From Hormiphora californensis (lineage: Eukaryota; Animalia; Ctenophora), in NCBI GenBank assembly GCA_020137815.1, contig CM035357.1:4340001-4404000 (forward strand): a stretch of DNA of 64,000 nt, read 5' to 3'. The translations under genes and the position numbers were made by a program. Below the pieces are notes generated by a model that did no database searches, was not told the DNA's origin, and worked only from the letters and a program-made list of their open reading frames with translations. This document shows positions 1 to 24,873 of the stretch, piece after piece (position 1 is the stretch's first letter; each line of letters starts with the position of its first letter).

Positions 1-867
1 GTACTGAGTTTCAAGTCCAAAAATGAAAAAATTCATTAATGAACCTAAATTCATGTTTTTAGGCCAATGTAGGTTTTCTCTATTCGGTTTTTTTCGTTTT
101 TAGGAACTTCTTTTGCACTCCACACCGGATATCTGATACTGGGTACAACAAAGGAAATTCGAGACCTATTGCAATCTTGCTAACATGATTTTGTCACATC
201 CTGATTACGTTTTTTCTTGCTTACATGGAGGTCACATGACGCTTGTTGTTACCAATCAGTATAGGCAATGGTGAGCTTCCATTAGCAAGGTTTCGATTTA
301 CTAATGTCTCAACTAACGGTTTGTTAATGAACTATCGGTTTAATGTTAATTTATGCAGTTATTAAGGAAAAATTAAATTTTTTTAAAAAAAACGGAAATT
401 TAAGAAAAATAATTTTTTTTAAAATAAGCAGTTTTCATACCAGAATGAACTTAAATGATTAAAGCATAACCCAGCAAGGTTTTAATTTCATCTCTACAGT
501 GCAAATCTCTCATTTTCAGCGAAAATATGTTTTTTGAAAAAATGATCATTTTTAATTCATTAATTTCACCCACTAAACTTTATTCAATTTCAATGAAATT
601 TTAGATTGCCATTGATAAATGTTAATACTATTGAGTGGCTGCAATTTTGCGATCCAAATCGACTTGGAACAAGGGAAAACCTTCAATTAACTTTAAAAAA
701 AGTAATTTAGGTTCATTAATGAACTTCTGCATTTTTGGACTTGAAACTCTGTACACATATCTGGCATAAGCTCAACAACATTGTGTCAAAATTTCAGAAC
801 CATTGGAATTAAGGTGCCGGAGAAATCTAAGATTTAAGACCCTCCCTTTTTATTGGCCCACGCGGTA
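1..867. mobile_element. Palindromic non-autonomous DNA transposon (Tc1/mariner-like MITE), left end outside window
   Basis: 1-51 is an imperfect reverse complement of 704-753. The right end ...TTGGCCCACGCGG|TA resembles the TA-flanked ends at 50872 and 53640. Confidence 0.6.
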
Positions 868-883
868 TAGGGGTTATCGTATT

Positions 884-985
884 GTTACCATGGTAACCTA
901 CCTTTTGTTAACACGCATGTACTGTTACTATGGTAACCTACCTGTTACCATGGTAACATACCTTTGTTAACACCCATGGTAACCC
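884..985. repeat. Short tandem repeat of GTTACCATGGTAAC palindrome next to a splice donor
   Basis: Perfect copies at 884-897 and 944-957, a variant at 924-937. Abuts the donor at 986-987. Confidence 0.8.
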
Positions 986-987
986 AC

Positions 988-3900
988 CTGGACTGGAGGA
1001 ATAACTTGAGTCCACACATCAATTGTTGCGTTCCAAGTGCTGTCCCTATCCTGGTGAATTTTAGTGTGTCGAGTTCTAACTGTTGCCTTCCTCAGTTCAC
1101 TCGATATCCGGGGTCTCACATCCAGCCTAGAGGGGATGGGGGGAGGGGTAGGGGTCTCACATCCAGCCTAGAGGAGATGGGGGGTAGGGTGGGGTGGGGG
1201 AGGCCGTGGGGGTCTCACATTTAACCTAGAGTGTAGAGGAGATGGGGGTAGGGTGGGGTGGGGGAGGCCGAGGGGGCCTCACATCCAACCTAGAGTGTAG
1301 AGGAGATGGGGGTAGGGTGGGGTGGGGGAGGCCGAGGGGGCCTCACATCCAACCTAGAGTGTAGAGGAGATGGGGGTAGGGTGGGGTGGGGGAGGCCGAG
1401 GGGGCCTCACATCCAACCTAGAGTGTAGAGGAGATGGGGGTAGGGTGGGGTGGGGGAGGCCGAGGGGGCCTCACATCCAACCTAGAGTGTAGAGGAGATG
1501 GGGGTAGGGTGGGGTGGGGGAGGCCGAGGGGGCCTCACATCCAACCTAGAGTGTAGAGGAGATGGGGGTAGGGTGGGGTGGGGGAGGCCGAGGGGGCCTC
1601 ACATCCAACCTAGAGTGTAGAGGAGATGGGGGTAGGGTGGGGTGGGGGAGGCCGAGGGGGCCTCACATCCAACCTAGAGTGTAGAGGAGATGGGGGTAGG
1701 GTGGGGTGGGGGAGGCCGAGGGGGCCTCACATCCAACCTAGAGTGTAGAGGAGATGGGGGTAGGGTGGGGTGGGGGAGGCCGAGGGGGTCTCACATCCAA
1801 CCTAGAGTGTAGAGGAGATGGGGGTAGGGTGGGGTGGGGGAGGCCGAGGGGGCCTCACATCCAACCTAGAGTGTAGAGGAGATGGGGGTAGGGTGGGGTG
1901 GGGGAGGCCGAGGGGGCCTCACATCCAACCTAGAGTGTAGAGGAGATGGGGGTAGGGTGGGGTGGGGGAGGCCGAGGGGGTCTCACATCCAACCTAGAGT
2001 GTAGAGGAGATGGGGGTAGGGTGGGGTGGGGGAGGCCGAGGGGGCCTCACATCCAACCTAGAGTGTAGAGGAGATGGGGGTAGGGTGGGGTGGGGGAGGC
2101 CGAGGGGGTCTCACATCCAACCTAGAGTGTAGAGGAGATGGGGGTAGGGTGGGGTGGGGGAGGCCGAGGGGGCCTCACATCCAACCTAGAGTGTAGAGGA
2201 GATGGGGGTAGGGTGGGGTGGGGGAGGCCGAGGGGGTCTCACATCTAACCTAGAGTGTAGAGGAGATGGGGGTAGGGTGGGGTGGGGGAGGCCGAGGGGG
2301 TCTCACATCTAACCTGGTGTGTCAATTGAGGTCAACTGGGGAGGAGGGGGACTCACTTTCAACTTACATAGGGAGTGAAGTTATAATAATAAGTGATAAT
2401 ATACCCACATATTTTCCACCCACGAATACTGTATGACAAAAACGACCTACATAATATGTCATACATGACATCCGCCTTATCTCTTCCCCCTTTCTTGACC
2501 CCTCTCTGCTCTGACGACCGACTATCTCCTACGTGTCCACTCCTACGTGGACTCCACTGCCCATGACGTAATATTAATTAATTTTAAACAAGGAGAACCT
2601 CTATTTGCTTAACTTATCATATCTTCATTCAGTCATGTTTACACTTAAGATTTTGCTGATACTCTTTTGTACACATTGCCTTACTCGACCCTCGTGAGAA
2701 GTTGAGAGAGGTTCCTCCCCCCCCCCCACAGTTTCCACCCCATCCGCCTGTACCACAATCTGAAGAGGGCCCTCTCTCAACTCCTCATCCCGTACTCTTT
2801 TAAAGGAACACCCTATACATCAAATCTTCCTACACTTACCATGCTGCGTCTTTGGCGATCACGTTTTGTTCCAACAGTCTCACTCGTGTTGCTTGAACCT
2901 GAATTTAGTAACCGGGTATAAGCAGCTACAATTATCCAATTAGCTAGCGATTTTCGTTCATTTATCCAATTACGAATTAGCTAGCGATTGTAGTTGTACA
3001 ATTATCCAATTAACTATAGCGATTGTAGTACAATTAGTTAGTTAACTATAGCGATTGTAGTACAATTATCCAATTAACTATAGCGATTGTAGTACAATTA
3101 GTTAGTTAACTATAGCGATTGTCGTACAATCGTTATAGTTAATTAATACCTTCAAGTTTCCAAGGAGAAACTGGAACTTTTTAACGGACTTTACACTTCC
3201 CATCATAACTCCTCTCTCAGTGTCTTCCACTCCGTAGTGAACCCATGCCTCCAACCTAGATAAATGTTAGTCAAAATTTTAATTAATGTAGGTTTTAAAT
3301 ATATTAAATAATGCGATAATTAATTAATTAATAACTTGAACATACGATGTTTTGGTAGCTGTTATGTTAACCGGTGTAACTGAAACTACGGCAGCGAAAA
3401 CTGCTGGTTTCAATCGAGGATCATTGTCAAATGTTGTCACGTGCGTCCCGTTCCTCATGTCAATCAATACCATACCTAGAGTAGTTAGTTATAAAAGTTA
3501 GTCATTAGGCAGTAGTTAGATTTGATTTGAGCGGTTGCCATGGATACACAATCACCCACCTGGGTTACCATGGTTACCTGGATACACAATTCCCCCTGGG
3601 TTACCATGGTTACCTGGATACACAATTCCCCCTGGGTTACCATGGTTACCTGGATACACAATTCCCCCTGGGTTACCATGGTTACCTGGATACACAATTC
3701 CCCCTGGGTTACAATGGTTACCTGGATACACAACTCCCCTTGGGTTACCATGGTTACCTGGATACACAATTTTCTCCTGGATGACTTCCTCTACCTTCCT
3801 GTGGATCATCTTGTCGATTCCAAATGTTTCAAGTCCAATCACGTGACCGATGTCCACGGAGAAGGAGACATCGGGTCGGTTTATAAAACTCACTTTAACC

Positions 3901-5398
3901 TGCAAAATGTGATGTGTAGATTCTTAGAAGAGAGTATCATTGAAGAAGTTTGTGATGAATTTTGTAAAGGGTGAGAATATTAGATAAGCACATAGAAGTT
4001 ACAGAGGAGGGTTTGCGGAGGGGGGGGGGTTGTTTGCGGAGGAGCCGGTTGTTTGAGAAGGATCAGGGTTCTTCTGCGAGTGTCGGGTGTGAGACCCTAA
4101 AGAACTATCGCGACTTTCGTCATTGCAATTTGGTCGACACTGGTGTGAGTGCTCGTGAGTGGAAGGATTAGGGTTTTTTGCCGCAGAGGAGGGTTGTTTG
4201 CGGAGTAGGTTTGTTTGAGGATCAGGGTTGTTTTAGAAGGAGGGAAGTTGTTTCTGCTGTCAGCACGAGAGATAATTCTCTACTTTATCGCAGGTAATGG
4301 TAAATACTTTCCTTGCACGACCCTCTCTAACTACTAACAGCGTCATGGAGGCGGCAAAAAGTGGTCATTTGCAAATTGTAGACATGGCCGGCAGGGTGAT
4401 GTAGATCATAAGAGATAAAATATTATGCAGCAATTTGGGAGGCTTGATATAAGTCAGTTGGTAAGATATACAATTTGAACTGCAGATTTTCTTGGCAACC
4501 CCTGCTGTAATTTTATAATTTGTTAATATTAATTAATGTTAATGATATACCGTTTCAATGCTGGGTAGATCTAGGGCAGAATTCAGAAGGATATCCAGTC
4601 GAAGTATGGAGTACAAGTGCAGATCGCCCACATATACCGGTGCATAAATTCCCAGGGGTAGTCCTATAACCACACTCGCGGCCTTACCTAAAACAAAAGC
4701 ATTTCTTTGTTGCTCCTTCATAAAATATGAGACTATCATCTCGGTGCTCCTTCATAAATATCTTTATCTTACCGGGATTTTCAATGGTCACATCCAGATC
4801 GACAATGTACTGTGTTAACCGTTGATTGCCAGCGCACTTGACATGGTGAGCTGAATGGGTGGCTAACTCAACCCGAGGTGTGGAGTCGAGCTCCAGAAGT
4901 GCCATGGAGAGGGATTTTAGGGGAGATGGAAGTTTGGAATTCACTTCCTTGTTTATCAGATCCACCAGGAGATCGTAGATTTTGTCCTCGTTTATTTTAT
5001 AAATCTCCCATACAGCCCCGTTTAGCCAGTCTAGAGTTTCTCCCTCTGTCTCTTCTGAATAGAATGGGTTCAGTTTATCAAATATACTCGGTTGGGTGGT
5101 ACAATTAAAATGATTATAGATCGATTATTATTAGACGAGTTTTGTTTATCAATAAAGGTGCTTCTTTCTATGAAAAGGTTTCAATTTGAGAAAACGTTTG
5201 CAATGAAAGTACCACTAATCACTATCATATATTAACATGTACTACAACTGTTTACTGTGAACATGGGACTTGTCACCCAAAATTAGAACATAATATTCTA
5301 CCTTCTCCGAAGCCCTCACTCTGCCAGCCACACTCACAGTCCAATGCCTGAGTGGTGGCGACCACCGCTACTAGAAACAAGCACACAATGGAGACCAT
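988..5398 (-). CDS. Signal peptide + SMP (TULIP) lipid-transfer domain + C2-like domain protein (extended-synaptotagmin-like), 3' partial
   Basis: Phase-consistent exons 5398-5302, 5054-4773, 4687-4551, 3899-3758, 3475-3346, 3255-3150, 2898-2840, 1126-988. Translation: MVSIVCLFLVAVVATTQALDCECG...ETLDWLNGAVWEIY...PVYVGDLHLYSILRLDILLNSALDLPSIETVKVSFINRPDVSFSVD...IQEKIVYP (SMP hallmarks), then RTRHTKIHQDRDSTWNATIDV (C2-like). No stop codon found in the window. Confidence 0.75.
1111..2315. repeat. 64-bp G-rich minisatellite (~17 regular copies plus degenerate ones) containing a copied splice acceptor and exon start
   Basis: Unit cctagagtgtagaggagatgggggtagggtggggtgggggaggccgagggggcctcacatccaa. 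On the minus strand it contains TAG|G(T/C)TGGATGTGAG, matching the exon start at 1126. Confidence 0.95.
2927..3145. repeat. AT-rich ~32-bp degenerate tandem repeat
   Basis: Repeated aattatccaattaactatagcgattgtagtac-like units. Confidence 0.8.
3533..3770. repeat. 36-bp minisatellite (6 copies) duplicating an exon end and splice donor
   Basis: Minus-strand unit ...ATTGTGTATCCAG|GTAACCATGGTAACCCAGGGGGA. The first copy is the real donor at 3757. Confidence 0.95.
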
Positions 5399-5653
5399 GG
5401 TTTGAAATGTGACGAATTGCTGCCAAGGGGTGGAGAATTTAGAGCCCCCCCCCTCCCCCCTGAGATGAGTGATGCAGACAACAGTTGGTTAGGAGTAATT
5501 CTCAGTGTAGACTATCTCCGACGTAACTTTCAAAATAGACTATCTACCCCTCTCTTCCACTATAGTATCTTTGGTGGAATTCTCTATCTAGACCATCTTT
5601 CTCTATTCCAACTCTACAGCTGCGCTATTTGATTTAGTATGGAGGTTACTTAT

Positions 5654-5699
<46 letters not shown>

Positions 5700-6276
5700 A
5701 CTCTCTGGCTCTCTTTCTATCTCTCTCTCTCTCTCCCTCTTTCTCTCCCTCTTTTTCTCTCTCTCTCCATCCTATCGGCAGATGGTTGTCGGAGGTCTTT
5801 GAGCGACATGGACATGATCTCTATCTCTCTTTGGGCTCAGTGTCACTATAGTGTGATGGTGTGAGACGGTGTCTAAATGTGTTTAGTGGAATTGAAAGGT
5901 GTGAGAAAATGCATAAACATGATAAATAACACGTGCCAAGAAGTGGTTTAACATAACATTCCTGTGTGAGCGCAATCAATCTTGAGGGTCGAACAAGACA
6001 AAATCAATCGATATTAGGAATAAAATTAAATTAACCTGGAAAGATAATTAGGGAGGGGGGGGGGGCATCATGGTTGGGTATGATATGGTTAACGCCACAT
6101 ACTGATCCATATTATAATGGGGCCGTATATGAATGAGTATTATGTTGCACAGTGGGAGCCAGTTACAATGCCCCCCCCCCCCTTCCAAGCAATATAACAG
6201 GTCTGCAGATGATCTCACTAAACTATTATCCAGGGACTATATATCCAGTAACTGCACTGCACCATGCTGCTAGTAC

Positions 6277-6385
6277 CAGGAACCGACCGAATCAGGAAAT
6301 ACTGGTCCCTGATTGGCTGATAACCAGTCACGTGACCTAAATAACGAGTTTTGATTGGCTGTTTACTTGTTTCGGTCGGTTCCTG
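6277..6385. mobile_element. 109-bp hAT-type MITE
   Basis: TIRs CAGGAACCGACCGAA...TTCGGTCGGTTCCTG with an 8-bp TSD GCTAGTAC (6269-6276, 6386-6393). Confidence 0.85.
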
Positions 6386-6654
6386 GCTAGTACCATTCAA
6401 TAATTATAATAGGCCCCAATGACCATGTCATACACGATGCAGATGCTCATATGACCCACAAGGGGAATTCCCTTCCTATTAACAGCTGTTATCAGTTATC
6501 TATTTGTTATCGCGACTTAAAAAGAAGTAGTTTTCACTGAATATCATATGAGTTGTCGTGAGTGCCTGGCGAAGGAACAATCTTTAATCAACAGTTTATT
6601 CCTTATACGGACCTACTCCACTGCTTTCTCTCGATCCATCGCAGTCTTCCTCTA

Positions 6655-6704
<50 letters not shown>

Positions 6705-6811
6705 CCGATTTCAGCCTCAGCTTCTCTCATTTTGTTGATCCCACTACCGTTATGACTTGTGTATGCTTTTAGCTTCCTCTCTCTGTCTCTCCAGGTGTAC
6801 CTAGGTAACCA

Positions 6812-6870
<59 letters not shown>

Positions 6871-7272
6871 ATCTCTCCAGTCTCCATCTCTCTTTCTGTT
6901 CTTCCTTGCTGGAAGAGCTTGTGGTTTATCTCTGCAATCGACAACAAGACCACTACACATACAATTAGTATCGGATCGCTACAATACTGCACTTGTTTTC
7001 TAGTTGATTCTTTTCATCATTAAATTAGTATTAGAAGGATGGTCTGAGCAAATCCAACCGGCTTGAGCCTTTATAATCCGTCTCTGATCTGTCCTCTGTT
7101 TGTAATATAATGGCACAACAGAGGGTCAACTGATTATCCCAAAACTCCAAACTCTTTTGGAGATTAAATAGAGAAGCACTTGATTTGACTCCTTTGGAGA
7201 TTAGAGAGAAGCCAGCTGCTGCAATCACAGCTTTGTCGCCTCCGCCGAGCCGTGTCGACAACAATGATGATG

Positions 7273-7314
<42 letters not shown>

Positions 7315-7849
7315 GAGATTTACTATTTAGTCCAGACAGAAGAAGCATCTCAAAGTGCTTGATAGTGTAGTATCTATTAAGAGGAGTGTGCCTCATTGCT
7401 TGTGTGTGTTACTATTGTCCCCCCCCCCCCCCCAGAATTCGCCCTGCAGCACTACATGTTGTGTTACGTTACAACACATTGTAACAACTTGTGTGTTACA
7501 TTTATAGGAGTTACTGTTACTCAGATTATGAAGTATTGGTTGCTAGGTATACCCTATATCCTTCTCCAATTTCCTCTCTTTATTTGCCCAATTTGTACAA
7601 ATTATCATTATGTAAATAATGTATCTATATCGCTTGACTATTCCTGATTTTCATTATGGTCAAGTTTTTTGCCCCCAACCCCACATTTCAACTTTCTTGT
7701 GTATGAAATTTGCATTTTCTTTGTTAGAATTTCTCTTTGGTGTAATACCACGGTAAAGATCTTTGAGAGTCGGCCACTCTCTGTTGCTGCAGTGGTCATG
7801 ATTTTAATTTACATAAATATTCTGGCTTTTCGCCCTGTCATTGTCAGCG

Positions 7850-7981
<132 letters not shown>

Positions 7982-9915
7982 CCCCTGTTCAGGCCCAGTT
8001 GTGTTGCGAGGCTCACTCGCACTGTAGTTGTATACTTGTGATCTGTCATTCCTATAGGGAACACGAGAGGGGGTGGGAATACATTCTTTCCAGATGTTTT
8101 TAGATAGCTCTGAAACCCTGCCCCACCATTGCCATGTGTGGATTTTCATTCATGGATGTGAATTGATGCCCGTTAATAACCATGATTTATTGCTCCAATC
8201 TGCAGATATATCATGTACGATAACATTGTAGACTTGGATGCCTTGATGCCCATTATCGGGTTTGGACGGCTCAACTTGGCAACTATTGAAGATGTGAAGC
8301 TGAAACGAAGATCAGGTATGACACGTCAGATCACTGTAGGGTGGTTGCCAACTACTAGTTGGGGGAAGGGTGTGATCAGTAATGACAAAAAGAGTACGCT
8401 ACAGAGGGTGTTCTCCTACTACTAGAAACGATGGTATTGATATTATACTAATTTTCATTCAATAAGTTTGTAATCCAGTTTGTAAGTTCTCTATTTGGTC
8501 CCAAGGGCACTGCATGTAGATATTATAGTACTAGTAGATATTATAGTACTATAGTAGGGTATCGCGAGGCTTCATTATCCGAGGAGAGGGGAAAGTGGGA
8601 TCAGTCAGAGTGTTTCCCACTTTTCAGGTCTTCTCCTTTTATTTAGAGAATACTTGTGTCTTGTATCCTATATTTTATCTTAGAGAATCCTCTCTTTTTA
8701 GGAGACTTGTATCCCTTATATTAGCCTAATTATAATAGCCAAGTAAAGGCCGGATATCTCGTCTCAGTCTGTCATTCCTCCCTCTCTATCTTCAACTGGG
8801 CTTCTCTCCAGGTTTTACAACCTTTTTTTTCTTTTATCTCGCCTTCCTCGGGCATTGTGTTCTCTCCTAGTTAAAGTAGCGATCTCTCCTGCTCTCTCCT
8901 TGTTAAAGTAACAATCTCTCCTGCTCTCTAGGGCTGTATATATGAATTCAAAACCAACAATTAAACTAAAACCACACTTATTATAGTTGCATTCGCCTGC
9001 ACACGCCCCCCTACAACGAATTAATTCCACCTAATTAGTGTGTCACGCAATACGCCAATGCATTGGAGAGAGGAGAGAGATTGTTACTTTAACTAGAAGA
9101 GAGAAGGAGAGATTGTTACTTTAACTAGAACATTGCAATGCACATGGTCTACTGCCGGAGAGTGCTTCCGGTTCATAGTTTACATGGAGCGCGTTGCGGT
9201 CCAATGTTGTAGAACTGTGAACTGTAAACCTTTAATTCATATGACACTTTTTATTTGATATTTCCAACTGTACTTTGTTCTCCGTAGTCTATTATACCTG
9301 CTATAACTAAGTACTAGTTACAGCATTAGTATTGAAATTATTTAGTTATTCAAGAAGAGATAACAAATAGTAAATCTGCATAGGGAATCATATGAACACT
9401 GTTCATTGAACAGTGAACACAGAACCATGATGAGGCTATCTGCATGGACTAATGAAACCTTTATACTCTAACTCAATCTCATTATCTCTCTTATTATCTC
9501 TAATATTATCTCTCTTATTATCTCTCTATACCGTATATATATAGAGAGATAATGAGAGAGATAATATTAGTATACGCTTTATTACCTCATTCCCATGATG
9601 TAATTCATTATGTGTTTCATAGTAAAACGGAAAGCGGCCACAACTGCAGGCTTGATTTCTTGTGGTTTATGATCTAACGCTGATTGTGATGATACTATCG
9701 AGCTACAAGTACAGTTGCTGCTTCATAGAGGGAGATAGAGAAAAGGAGAAAGAGAGAAGGAGAGAGGGAGAAAAAATACTAAAACAACAGAGAGTTAAAT
9801 GTTGGAAACTCTAACCACAGTTTCCATAAATTCAACCTATATTTTGCTTTTTGCCAGATATACTATGCGAGACTCCGACCTATTTCCTATTGCCATGGAC
9901 CTACTGCAACACTAA

Positions 9916-21989
<12,074 letters not shown>

Positions 21990-23096
21990 ATAAAGTAGTA
22001 ATAAGACAGTTTTTGTAGGATATTTGTTATAAAATAGAGGGGAGAAAAATTCTTAAGACATGTATTGTTACGAGGGGTGCAAGAGCGAGAGATATAGAGC
22101 GAGACATAGGGAGAGGGATAGGATAGAGAGATCTAGGATAGAGAGAGACATGACTTTGAGTGAGAATGTACAGGGTTAATTGTGTGTGTACCATATTTGA
22201 GGACTATGACTTCGTTGACCCAAACCCGTTGTGCTTGGTATTTTAGGAGGAGGGGTCAGGAAAGATAATTCAAGACCTGTCTGGCTGCTAGACTTGGTGA
22301 CGCAGTCACCCTTACAACTCCCGGCAAAACGAAGCCCGCGAAGAGAGGTAACGGCGCCACAAACTGCTAGACCCGATTGGCGGTTTTGATTTTCGAATCT
22401 GAGTGCGTACCGATCTGTTCGGCGGCGCCGACGACCTGATCTGAGCGCACTATCGCGAGAATCAAAACGTGGTCTGGTAACCAGAGCATTGACCTGACCA
22501 TATTCTCATTTATTCAAAGCGTGCAAGAACTATGGTCAGAGCATTGGCCTGACAGTGGTTTGGCGACACCAGACAGGTACCGCTGGTGCCTGACAGATTG
22601 AGATATCATGTGACCCCTTCTCCTATATTTGTGCTTCAAACAAACTCGGGTAATTCATGGGGTAGAGAAGTTATTTTGTGTATTGCAATAGTAACTTATA
22701 CAACATAAAAAAGAAAAATCAAGAATCGTTCCATGTACAAATTGTAACTCGAGAGAGACGGGGGTAGAAGTGACCGTTTTGTGTTCGAACACGCAGGTTC
22801 AGGTGCACGGGAACCATGTGTAAAAACGGTTATTTATTCAAGGCATCAAACACATCCAAACATAACACATTTAGCCGGGGTCCGTCAAGGGGGGCAGAAA
22901 GCTAACAAAAAATAACCAAAATAACTCTCATCTTATAGATTGAAAAACACGCAATTTTTACTATCGGTCCCCCTCCCGATATCGAGCAGAGCACTCATAT
23001 GATCACCTCTCAACATAATTCCCTTGCCGCCAATAAAAATAACACTCGCCAAGAAAGATAGTCTTTCCCAAACAACTAGAAAATATAGTTCCCTCT

Positions 23097-24802
23097 TTAT
23101 TTCATGTTCTCCTTGGCAAAGCCAACGCTCATAATGCAGGCAAACACTGTCATGATCATCTTAGGGTTGACCTGGGAGGGAGGAGAGAGGGGTGTTAGTA
23201 AACGTTGGAAAAAAGGGGTGTTAGATAATGGGTTGGGTTGGGGAACAGGCACTCCAAAATGGCTCAACATTATTGGTTCCGATTAAAGAAGTTATTATGG
23301 GGTAAAGAGCCTAATTATAATTACCTCTGTGATGTCTTCAGGCAGGGCGAAGATCCTGGCTCCGATCTTTCGGGCCATTGTGATGGCGTACCTCGCATTC
23401 AGGAACTTATCCTGTGAAGCGGGGATTTGTTATTTACGGGAGGATTCGGAGGAAATTAGATAGTTTGGGGGAAGATTAGCTAATTATCTAGACTAATTAT
23501 CTAATTTTAAAACTCACGTCATCATTAGCGGCAGGTGTCATCAGATCGTAGTTGATGTGTCCCGGACTGATGGCCTCAATAAGGTCCACGATGGCACGAG
23601 AGTTAGCCAGGGAGGCATCCTTGAAACCAGTGAACTTGCCTGGAGGGGGAAGGGGTGATATTTAGATAAACTTTTCTAGAGGGGGGGGGGGGGGGGTATT
23701 GAGATAAACGTGACTAGTGAGAGGGGAAGAGTTATATTTGAGTTGTGTATCGAGATAGTGGGAGGTGAATTGGGAGGAGATATTCCCCCTTTTCTTCATC
23801 CTTGTCCCATCCAACTTACTGTCTTTTCCTGCCTCCTCCAATTTAGTATTACACCAGGCGATGATCTCATTGTCCTTCAAGATCTTTCCATCGTGAGTGA
23901 GCAGGGAGAGAGTGTAGTGTCGCATCATCTGCCAAACTAGGGCCAGGGTCAACTTGTCCCCATCATGTAGATTGTTTCCGTCAATACCTAAGATAATGAG
24001 TGTTCGTTATTTTCTTTAGATTTGGAAAGAGAGGTGGATATCTGAGGTTCCAGACGGGCCCGCGACAGTGCGCTCAGATGGGGTCGGGAAACCGGAAAGA
24101 CAAATCCCGCAGTCAGAATGAGAGATGTTTTAATAGTAGATCGGGTTCATCTTGTGTGGCTCACACATTCACTTTTAGGTTCACCTACCTACGAGAACAA
24201 ATCCGATTTCTTTTCCCAGTGCAATAGCGTAGTTGCAGTTCTCGATTTGCTTCATTTTCCCTCCAAGAGCCTTGAAAGGAGGTTTGTTGACCTTGGGCCA
24301 GTTGACACAACCAGGCTTGATCTTGTCGAACAACTGTGGGAAGGGTTGTGTGTAAAAGTTTTGAAACAGAAGGAGGAAGCTGAAACGGGAGATGGGGTGA
24401 ACTGTTTCAAAAAAATCTTCCCACGCTCCGCTGCGCGCGGCATATGGAAAGAGTGCTGACTTAGCATTTTAGTCAACTTTCCACAGTTCTGTGCTGGGGC
24501 GCGCTCCAACAATCACATTTTCAATTGGCGACGGCCGCTGCAGCGACTCCCGCTAGTTGCGGATTTCTGCAGCACCCACGTCACCTAAATTTTGTTTCTG
24601 TCGGACTACAAGACAAACCTGCAAGATAGCAAGACCGTCCTTAAGGTCCTCGTAGATGTATTTAACTCTGGGAGTTGCTCCTAGAGAGTTCATCCAATTC
24701 CTCATTGCTGAGAGAAAGTGGGATTTGAGTGCATGATTTGAAAGCCCATTTTTACGAGATGGAGAGAGAGAGAGAATGAGGGACGGAATGAGAGAGAGTG
24801 AC

Positions 24803-24873
<71 letters not shown>

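Noticed and set aside
2684-2759. Possible extra exon in the SMP gene (acceptor TTCAG, donor GTAAGG)
   Set aside because: The strong acceptor creates TGA at the junction. Only a weak internal CAG keeps the frame, and the flanking exons already join in phase.
7110-7274. ORF with in-frame TGA (possible selenocysteine or readthrough)
   Set aside because: No homology or SECIS evidence and no matching downstream exon.
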